From positions 1 through 64,000 of the forward strand of contig CP084167.1 in assembly GCA_021513715.1 (NCBI GenBank): 64,000 bases of DNA, given 5' to 3'. Positions 56,589 to 64,000 of the stretch are shown one piece after another. Made by a program: the position numbers and the translations under genes. The notes below the pieces were generated by a model. It searched no databases. It was not told the origin of the DNA and saw nothing but the letters and a program-made list of their open reading frames with translations. The stretch's first letter is position 1. Every line of letters begins with the position of its first letter. Source of the DNA: Candidatus Heimdallarchaeum endolithica. GTDB lineage: Archaea > Asgardarchaeota > Heimdallarchaeia > Heimdallarchaeales > Heimdallarchaeaceae.

Positions 56589-57158
56589 TTATACCTGCTC
56601 AAAGTGATTGAAAAAATCATAAACTTTCTTTTTGAAATCATCAAAATTGCTGTTATTTTCGATCATATAATTGGCATAAGCTATAGCTTCTCCAAGTCCT
56701 ACGCTTAATTCTATTTGATCTCTTCTATTAAACTCTTCAATAGTTGAAGGAGCATCAGAGCGTTTTCTTTTCTGTAAGCGGTTTAATCTCAACTTAGAAT
56801 CAGCATGAACTGCTAAAACAGAGAACAGATTTTCAAACTTTTGTCGAAAAGTTACTACTTCAGCTTGACTGCGAATACCATCAATAATAAATTTACTTTT
56901 TCCTTCTTTGGAAATTTTTTCTATTTCATCAACAGTTGCAAGAGCTACAGCATTAGGTCCATGCCTTTTTCTTAGTTCCTGCATCATCAAGTTACAATTT
57001 TCAGGAGTTGGTTCTTTTCCCTCCTCTCTAACTTTTTGTCTAATAACATCTCCCATAATTACAATAGTATAACCAAAATCTTTCCCTATCTTTGCTAATT
57101 CTGATTTTCCTGAACCAGGCATACCAGTAATTCCTATAACTCTGAAAATATTACTCAT
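56589..57158 (-). CDS. UPF0200 dephospho-CoA-kinase-like P-loop protein
   Basis: GMPGSGKS, MGDVIR, IDGIRS, RDQIEL. Confidence 0.88.
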   Translation of the reverse strand: MSNIFRVIGITGMPGSGKSELAKIGKDFGYTIVIMGDVIRQKVREEGKEPTPENCNLMMQELRKRHGPNAVALATVDEIEKISKEGKSKFIIDGIRSQAEVVTFRQKFENLFSVLAVHADSKLRLNRLQKRKRSDAPSTIEEFNRRDQIELSVGLGEAIAYANYMIENNSNFDDFKKKVYDFFNHFEQV

Positions 57159-57266
57159 TCGCTTCAGTTTCTTTAAAACTAAAGCGAATAAAAAGATTTA
57201 GATTATTTGTAGAGACATAATATAAATTACAAAAAAAAATATATAGACACCTTTTTTTTTAATTCT

Positions 57267-57833
57267 GTGAAAAGAGTATTTATATCAATTGATGTAGAAA
57301 ACGAAAAAGTAATTCAAAATATTAAGCAAGTTCAAAAAGAACTTTTAGAGACAGGGTCATCTATCAAGCTTGTTGAACTCTTTAACTTACATCTTACTTT
57401 AGAGTTTCTTGGTGAAATTAATGAGAAAGAAGTAGAGTACGTAATGGATATTATTTCAAGCTTATCTTTTGCTGAATTTAGCCTTTCTTTTCACTGTCTA
57501 GTGAGTTTACCTAATGAGAATTATATTAGAGTAATTGCTACAGAGGTTGGAGGACAAGTTGATATTCTTAAAAACCTTCAAAGTGAATTGAGAACAAAAC
57601 TAAAGAAGGGGCGATTTAAAGTTGATAAAAGAGCCTATACTCCCCATTTGACTATAGCAAGAGTGAAGTCTAGTAAAAACAAAGAAAAAATACTTAAACT
57701 TCTACATTCAAACAAAGAAAAAAACTTTGGAACAATAAAAGTAGATTCAATTAATTTGAAAGAATCTATTCTCACTCCTAAAGGTCCCAAATATATTACT
57801 TTATTCAAAAAAAAGGTAGAATCTAATGTCTAA
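57267..57833 (+). CDS. thpR: RNA 2',3'-cyclic phosphodiesterase (2H family)
   Basis: NLHLTLEFLG and PHLTIAR; LTPKGPKY. Confidence 0.92.
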   Translation: MKRVFISIDVENEKVIQNIKQVQKELLETGSSIKLVELFNLHLTLEFLGEINEKEVEYVMDIISSLSFAEFSLSFHCLVSLPNENYIRVIATEVGGQVDILKNLQSELRTKLKKGRFKVDKRAYTPHLTIARVKSSKNKEKILKLLHSNKEKNFGTIKVDSINLKESILTPKGPKYITLFKKKVESNV

Positions 57834-59316
57834 AAGTGTTAATGAAGAAATAGAAAAAAAAATGGATGAAATAGAGAATGCTGTAGTTGAGCAGCTTATT
57901 ATTGATGAAGAATTTCATATGGAAGTAGAAGAGATATTAAATATTCTGATTGAAAAAATAAATTCTGATCTATCTTCAATAGGTGTAATAGGTAGAGTAG
58001 AAAAGCAGGGTTCTTTTGTGAGAAGAACTTACTTAAATGAAGATGACACTTATGACTTGGTTTTAATTCTGAAAAAAGATGAAAAACCAAATGTCCCTAG
58101 AATATTAGATTTATTAGTTGAAAGACTGAAGAATGATAGGATACAAAAACAACCAATACAAATTACAAAAATTGTAGGTAAGTTACCCTATTTAAGAATA
58201 ATTGCTAATGGAATATTGGTTAATTTATTTGTAGGATTTGATATTTCTCCTGAGCAATCTAAAATGTCAATCTTTGACTTGATTCCTCTACATACAAGTT
58301 ATATAATCACACATATGAGTTCTAATGAAAAGAAAGATGTATTACTTTTAAAGAAATTTATGAAAAGTATTGGTGTTTACAGAAATGAAATTGGTGCTAT
58401 AGGTTTTAATGGATATTTGTGTGAATTATTGATTCTCTTTTATGGTTCGTTTCGAAACACAATAAAAGCTATTGCTAAATGGAAACCTCGTGTCTTAATA
58501 GATATGAAGAAAAATAAACAAGTAATTGAAGATGTTGATGCTCAAACAATTGAGCTTCTAGGCGGATATTATCCACTTTACGTGTCTGACCCTCTCGCTC
58601 CAAGAAATAATGTAGCTGCTGATGTTTCGATTAATCAATTTAATTCAGTCATTTCAGCTGCAAATGTCTATTTGTATGCACCTAGTTTGTCATTCTTTTT
58701 ATATCAACCTGTAACTCTTCCTTCTTTTGAGACTCTAGTTCAGAAAATAAAGATGTCAGGTAAAACAATCCTAGTTTTAAGTTTTTATAGAAGACATCAG
58801 GAATCAGAAATTTGTTGGCAACAAGCATTGAACATGAAAAAAGCTTTTACTAAAGAACTTGAGAGAAACAGATATCTGATAGAAAGAATTCAACCATTTA
58901 TAACTGATGAATATTATGGTATATTTATTTCTCTATTCAAATCTAAACCTCAAGTGACTGTTAGGAGAGAAGGCCCATCAATTTTTGATGGAAAAGCTTC
59001 TGCAAACTTTCTAAAAACCTTTAGTACTCATGTGGATGTCGTTTCTGGTCCTTATATAGAAAACCAAAAATGGGTGATCTATTTTGCAAATAGAGGGCAA
59101 GATGTTATACTTTTTCTACAATCATTAGTTCACTCTAATACTTTTATCTTGGAAGTTGATTCATTTCTAAAACTGGAAATAAAAAATAAACTAAAGATTC
59201 ATTCTGTTGAAACAACCTTGAAAGACCTGTATAATACTGACATTGAATTTGCAGAACAATTTTATCTTTTTGTAGAAAGAAAACCTTTGTGGATTTTGAA
59301 TATAGGAAAACAATAA
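57826..59316 (+). CDS. cca: Archaeal class I CCA-adding enzyme homolog with a degenerate active site
   Basis: GSFVRRTYL, LLKKFMKSIGVY..EI..GFNGYLCELLI; conserved position after thpR. Confidence 0.85.
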   Translation: MSKSVNEEIEKKMDEIENAVVEQLIIDEEFHMEVEEILNILIEKINSDLSSIGVIGRVEKQGSFVRRTYLNEDDTYDLVLILKKDEKPNVPRILDLLVERLKNDRIQKQPIQITKIVGKLPYLRIIANGILVNLFVGFDISPEQSKMSIFDLIPLHTSYIITHMSSNEKKDVLLLKKFMKSIGVYRNEIGAIGFNGYLCELLILFYGSFRNTIKAIAKWKPRVLIDMKKNKQVIEDVDAQTIELLGGYYPLYVSDPLAPRNNVAADVSINQFNSVISAANVYLYAPSLSFFLYQPVTLPSFETLVQKIKMSGKTILVLSFYRRHQESEICWQQALNMKKAFTKELERNRYLIERIQPFITDEYYGIFISLFKSKPQVTVRREGPSIFDGKASANFLKTFSTHVDVVSGPYIENQKWVIYFANRGQDVILFLQSLVHSNTFILEVDSFLKLEIKNKLKIHSVETTLKDLYNTDIEFAEQFYLFVERKPLWILNIGKQ

Positions 59317-59425
59317 GCATCTTTTTTTCTTTTTCTTTATTAGTTTTTTTAATTTAAAACTGTTCTCTGTTTAAACAATAAGTAAACTTTTATATAAAAT
59401 GTTTTACAAATAAAGATGAATCAAG

Positions 59426-59782
59426 ATGAATGAATTTACAGGAATAGCAAAAATAATTTTTGATGAACTAATGGAGGAAATAGAAGAAGAACTTGAAGAA
59501 ACCTTCAGTAATCTGCTTTCTGAAGATAAACTTACAAGTCTAATAGAAACAATACAAGAAAATACTAAAGTAGAAGTTACAGAAATAATAAATGAAAACT
59601 ATTCTGAAGAGATGAATGCTGTAAGAAAGATGATACTAGGAGAAAAACTTTCAAGAATTGTAACAAGAGAAACAAGAAAAGTGTTAGAAAAGTTATCTTT
59701 GGAAATAATTAGTTTATCAATGGGATTAATAGAAACTCTAAGAAACGAAATTATTGGAGAGGTTTTTGAAGAAACAGAGTAA
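59426..59782 (+). CDS. Acidic helical hypothetical protein
   Basis: 118-aa E-rich ORF. Confidence 0.6.
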   Translation: MNEFTGIAKIIFDELMEEIEEELEETFSNLLSEDKLTSLIETIQENTKVEVTEIINENYSEEMNAVRKMILGEKLSRIVTRETRKVLEKLSLEIISLSMGLIETLRNEIIGEVFEETE

Positions 59783-59995
59783 AAAAAATATTTCCTCCCC
59801 AATCTTTTTCTCTTTTACTAACATAACTTTTGTATAATTTTTGTGTGAGTTAATTTTGCTATCAGGAAAGGCTTATGATTTTTCGAAAAGTATTGATATC
59901 TTTTGTAGTTTTAATATAATTAAACCAAAAAAAAGTAGTAGGACTTTCTTAAATAGAAAAGAGAAGGAAATATAATTTTTTAATTATTTAACTTC

Positions 59996-61627
59996 TCAAT
60001 AAACTCTTTTTTTATCTTTGAAAACAAATAGTTTTTTTGGGTCTATATAGACTTTTATCGTATCACCGACTATTTTTGAGATTATTTTATCTAGTCCTTC
60101 TACAACATCAATAAGGAGAATAGTTTCGTCTTTAAGTAATCCTGTTAATTTGGCTTCTTTACCTAAATATTCTATCGTATGTATCTCGATTTCTAATTCA
60201 AAACAACCATCAATATTCCTCAGATAGACGTCTTCTGGCCTTACAACGATCTGTAATTCTGATCCTTTATCAATCTCCTCTTTGATTTCTATATTGATTT
60301 TTTCTCCTCCCTTTAATTTAGCAACTCCATTTCCTTCGTAATTACCTACTAAGGTTGTTGATTCACCAATAAATTGAGCTACAAAGAGTGTTTTTGGATC
60401 GTCCCATACTTCTCTAGGCTTACCATATTGTTCAATATATCCAACGTTCATAACAGCTATGCGGTCACTAATTGCTAATGCTTCAGTTTGGTCATGGGTT
60501 ACATATACTGCAGTCATTCCTATTTTTTTAATTATAGAACGAATTTCTGTTCTGAGTTCTTTTCTTAGTTTAGCATCTAGATTACTTAAAGGTTCATCAC
60601 AAAGTAGAACATCAGGTTCAACAACTATAGCTCTGGCAAGAGCAATCCTTTGTTGTTGACCTCCACTTAACTCTGGAGGATTTTTATATGCTTGGTCTTC
60701 AAGATGAACCATTCTAAGAGCATCAAAAACTTTCTTTCTTCTAAAAGCCCAATCAGGATCTATTTTTTCTTTTGCGTCTAAATATGCTTTATTACTTTCT
60801 GAAAAAGGAAGCTTGATGTATTTCCATAATTTAATTAAAAACCAAGTAACCTTTGCAATTGATGATGAATGTTTTTCAAAGTATTCTTTCTGTTCTTTTT
60901 CTATTGTTTCAGAGACATATTCATAGGTTAAAGGATGGAAAATAAAGAAAGGTCGAGTAAAAGGAAACAGTAGAATATAAATTGGTTTCCTGTATTTTAT
61001 TTTCTCTTCTTTTGTTTTTGATTCTGGTAACCAATTAGGGAGTTGTCTGACAACATAGGTATAGTGATCTCTAATTGCTTTCTTTAAAGTTTTAAGAACA
61101 TATTTGATGTTTTTAAATTTGATTTTTGGGTCATTAAGAGTTTGTTCAACTTCTTCAGCAGATAATTCCCAACAAGTGGCTGTTTCTTTTCCTTTACAAA
61201 AGCTAACAATGTATTCAGCAATCTGTTCTAACTGTTTTGTTGCACCATAACTTGAGAATGAAATTTCAGTAATTATTTCTTTCTTTTCTTTAATGAAGAA
61301 AACAATTTTTTCCTTTAATCTTAATTTCAGTCCATACTCGACATTACCAAAAATAGTCATATGAGGCCATAAAGCATAGTTTTGAAAGATCATTGCAGTG
61401 TTTCTTTTTTGTGGAGGAAGTAAAGTAACATCTTTATCCCCTAAAAATATCTGACCTTCAAAAGGTTCAACGAATCCAGCTAACGAACGAAGTAAAGTGG
61501 TTTTTCCACAACCACTAGGACCAAGTAAAGTGGTTATCTCTCCATCAGGTATTTCTAAATCAATATTTCTTACTGCAATAAAATCATCATAAGCAATTCC
61601 AATATTTTTGTATTTTACAGAAACCAA
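59996..61627 (-). CDS. MalK/PotA-type ABC ATPase with a large insertion
   Basis: GPSGCGKT, FQNYALWPH, LSGGQQQR, DEPLSNLD, VTHD, C-terminal TOBE-like region. Confidence 0.9.
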   Translation of the reverse strand: MVSVKYKNIGIAYDDFIAVRNIDLEIPDGEITTLLGPSGCGKTTLLRSLAGFVEPFEGQIFLGDKDVTLLPPQKRNTAMIFQNYALWPHMTIFGNVEYGLKLRLKEKIVFFIKEKKEIITEISFSSYGATKQLEQIAEYIVSFCKGKETATCWELSAEEVEQTLNDPKIKFKNIKYVLKTLKKAIRDHYTYVVRQLPNWLPESKTKEEKIKYRKPIYILLFPFTRPFFIFHPLTYEYVSETIEKEQKEYFEKHSSSIAKVTWFLIKLWKYIKLPFSESNKAYLDAKEKIDPDWAFRRKKVFDALRMVHLEDQAYKNPPELSGGQQQRIALARAIVVEPDVLLCDEPLSNLDAKLRKELRTEIRSIIKKIGMTAVYVTHDQTEALAISDRIAVMNVGYIEQYGKPREVWDDPKTLFVAQFIGESTTLVGNYEGNGVAKLKGGEKINIEIKEEIDKGSELQIVVRPEDVYLRNIDGCFELEIEIHTIEYLGKEAKLTGLLKDETILLIDVVEGLDKIISKIVGDTIKVYIDPKKLFVFKDKKRVY

Positions 61628-61900
61628 CTTTTTCTACCTTGACCGCTTTTATTTTAATTTTGAAGTTAAGTTTAAAAGTTTTTTTAGAATAACCTTTCCG
61701 TTAGATAGACAAATAAAAGAAATAATATGAAGAAGAGATATTTAGAAAATTTATCCTTAGAATACTTTAGATTCGTATAAATATTACTAATCATACATTT
61801 ATAGTAATTTTAACTAAAAAGATAAAAATTAATAATAGATTCAATTCATATTATTGTTAACTAAATTAAAGTTTTAACATAATTCAAGCTTGGGGTAAAA

Positions 61901-62902
61901 ATGGAATTGCAAATGAGTAAAAACATTACTGAACTATCAAACAATCTTACTCTCTTAAAATATAAATTCCAAAACAAATTTGAAAGAGGAATTGGTTCTC
62001 CAAATAGCCTAATTGTTGAAGAAGATGATGAAATAGCGATAATAGATCCTGCAACTTGGACACACAATTTAAAGTTATTTTTGAAGTATAGAGATATAGA
62101 TAAAATTAAAGATAATTATTCAGTAAAAAAGATATTTTTGACCCATGAGCATTGGGATCATATATTATCTAGTAGTTTCTATCAAGAAAAACTTGGTTTT
62201 ACAATTTTGTGCCATAAACTAGAAAAAGATGCAGTTGAAAATGAAGAAATTCTTTTTACTCATATGTTTGACGATTACTCTATTTTAGAAAAAGAAATGA
62301 GAATATCTACAATATCTAAGAAAATTATAAAAAAAGCCATAACCTGGATGTGGGGACCGTATAAGCCTATGAAAGTTTCAAACACTCTAAAAGAAGGGGA
62401 TAGTTTTTTTGATAATCCGCAAATAAAAGTAATTGAGACTCCTAGCCATACTTTAGGTTCATTAAGTTTCTATATTCCTTCAGAAAAAATATTGTTTTCT
62501 GGAGATTTAATAGACTTAGAACTAGGTGTAGGACTAGATTTAAACAACCCCCATTCAAGTGTAAAGGCAGGATTGCGTTCTTTAGAGAAAATAAAAAAAC
62601 TTGATGTAGAAAAATTAATACCTGGACATGGAGAAATAGTAGAAGGAAAGAAAATAATACAAGACCTAATTGAAAAACGAATTCAAGAAACGAATTGTGT
62701 TTATAATAAGTTAATAGAACTCCTAGAAACAAGTCCTAAAACTTTAAGGAGTCTAATAATTGGAGTCTTTCCTGAAAGTAGATGGAAAATTAATGTTTAT
62801 TATTTACGTAAATATTTGATTTTTGCCTATCTGAATGAAATAAATAAAACAAAGGGTTTAAACATAGAGCAAAAGATGAATAAGACTCTAATTTCTTTAT
62901 AA
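61901..62902 (+). CDS. Metallo-beta-lactamase-fold hydrolase
   Basis: THEHWDH, SHT, SGD, PGHG. Confidence 0.9.
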   Translation: MELQMSKNITELSNNLTLLKYKFQNKFERGIGSPNSLIVEEDDEIAIIDPATWTHNLKLFLKYRDIDKIKDNYSVKKIFLTHEHWDHILSSSFYQEKLGFTILCHKLEKDAVENEEILFTHMFDDYSILEKEMRISTISKKIIKKAITWMWGPYKPMKVSNTLKEGDSFFDNPQIKVIETPSHTLGSLSFYIPSEKILFSGDLIDLELGVGLDLNNPHSSVKAGLRSLEKIKKLDVEKLIPGHGEIVEGKKIIQDLIEKRIQETNCVYNKLIELLETSPKTLRSLIIGVFPESRWKINVYYLRKYLIFAYLNEINKTKGLNIEQKMNKTLISL

Positions 62903-62908
62903 GAAAAA

Positions 62909-63973
62909 TCAAAGAGGAACAAGGATATCGTACAAATTATTATCTCCTACTTTTTCTTTTAATAGTTCTTTTAATTTTTGATTAATATCACGATAAAAAT
63001 GGAGTTTCATTTCAGAACTTAATTGCCAAGTGTTCAACTCTTGATTTACAATTAAAATATTTTCTTTCATCCTTTTAATGGCATCTTCCATTGAAAAAAT
63101 TGATGAGAAAAGGATTCCTAGTTCTGAAATGTTTAGATTTATTGTGTTAGGTGTTAAATTTTGAACTTTTTGTAATAGTGAAAGAGTATATTTAAGTTCT
63201 GGAAAACTGATTAATTGTCCTTTCAATTCTTGGATTGTAAATTGTCCTATAATGTTAGCATCGATTAACTGTCTAAAAGGTTCAGTAAGTTCGTTGTATT
63301 CTCTAAAATAAGAAACGGTATAAAGATTTTCTAGTTGTTCTCTTATTTCCTTTGTAATAGTGTCTAATGATTTATTTGGTTCTTTATTTTTCAGAGCTAA
63401 ATTGATAGTAGAAGATAAATGAACAAGAGAATCTTGGATAACATCAACTTCTTCATTTTCAAGAAGTTTGATTTTAAGAATATCAAAAGGCAACTCTGGA
63501 AGAGCTATATAGAACTCTTCTTCAGTATCATTGTTATGTAATGAGTCATCTAGTAGAAACTCTCTAAAATAAAGAGAAAACTTTGATAATTGTCGTTTTA
63601 AGCTTTCACTTCCCACAAAAGCTTTTTTCCTTAAACCTAACTGTTGTTTTAAAATTTCTAATAAAGATGGTATCTCAATTTTATTAAAAACAACTTTATT
63701 TTTATCCAAAGAAGGAACCCATTTGTCTGAGGAGCCATATTCAACAGCTATTCTTCCTGCAGTAGTTGTTTCTGAAAATAATGCTTCCATTCCATAACTA
63801 AGAATTAAATTAGTTAGTGGAATATATGTAGCTTCACTTTTTCCAACTACTGCAATTCTGATAAAACCATATCCTGGGTAGATAGAATAATTTCTTACAA
63901 TTTCACGAAGATCATTATTTGTAATTAAGGATAATGTCATTGGATGTGTTAATTCTATGGTGTTTCCTACCAT
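62909..63973 (-). CDS. Hypothetical protein (may extend beyond the window)
   Basis: 354-aa ORF near the window edge. Confidence 0.6.
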   Translation of the reverse strand: MVGNTIELTHPMTLSLITNNDLREIVRNYSIYPGYGFIRIAVVGKSEATYIPLTNLILSYGMEALFSETTTAGRIAVEYGSSDKWVPSLDKNKVVFNKIEIPSLLEILKQQLGLRKKAFVGSESLKRQLSKFSLYFREFLLDDSLHNNDTEEEFYIALPELPFDILKIKLLENEEVDVIQDSLVHLSSTINLALKNKEPNKSLDTITKEIREQLENLYTVSYFREYNELTEPFRQLIDANIIGQFTIQELKGQLISFPELKYTLSLLQKVQNLTPNTINLNISELGILFSSIFSMEDAIKRMKENILIVNQELNTWQLSSEMKLHFYRDINQKLKELLKEKVGDNNLYDILVPL

Positions 63974-64000
63974 GAAAAAGTATCCTATTTCAAAAAAGTC

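Overview
AT-rich archaeal DNA. The longin-domain and LRR genes, archaeal PolB and the prs-trm11-rnz / thpR-cca housekeeping block point to an Asgard archaeon, probably Heimdallarchaeia (inference). Positions 1-30392 are a complete ~30.3 kb integrated element, bounded by a 63-bp direct repeat (1 mismatch) next to a tyrosine integrase. Its size and content recall HeimV1 of Ca. Heimdallarchaeum endolithica (from memory, not verified here). I recognise no HK97 capsid, portal, terminase or double-jelly-roll capsid gene. Instead it encodes two paralogous membrane-anchored ectodomain proteins, a 1822-aa adhesin with an 18-residue-period coiled-coil stalk containing an exact 378-bp duplication, other membrane proteins and a Zot/pI-like ATPase, which suggests an enveloped, budding or extruded virus. 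It also has a k-turn-closed structured RNA ahead of the putative virion operon, a defence-like cargo block (HEPN, R-M, PD-(D/E)XK, TIR-like) and an early operon (RHH, Zn fingers, ParB, ASCH). Positions 30.4-46.7 kb are an accessory zone: IS481 and IS5-like elements, a DUF488 pair, a COMM-like/AbrB/PIN triad, a second k-turn RNA beside an att-like motif, a duplicated longin triad and an LRR gene. Positions 46.7-64 kb are core genes, among them a proofreading-dead PolB and an apparently catalytically degenerate CCA-adding enzyme. I found no CRISPR array, rRNA or complete tRNA.
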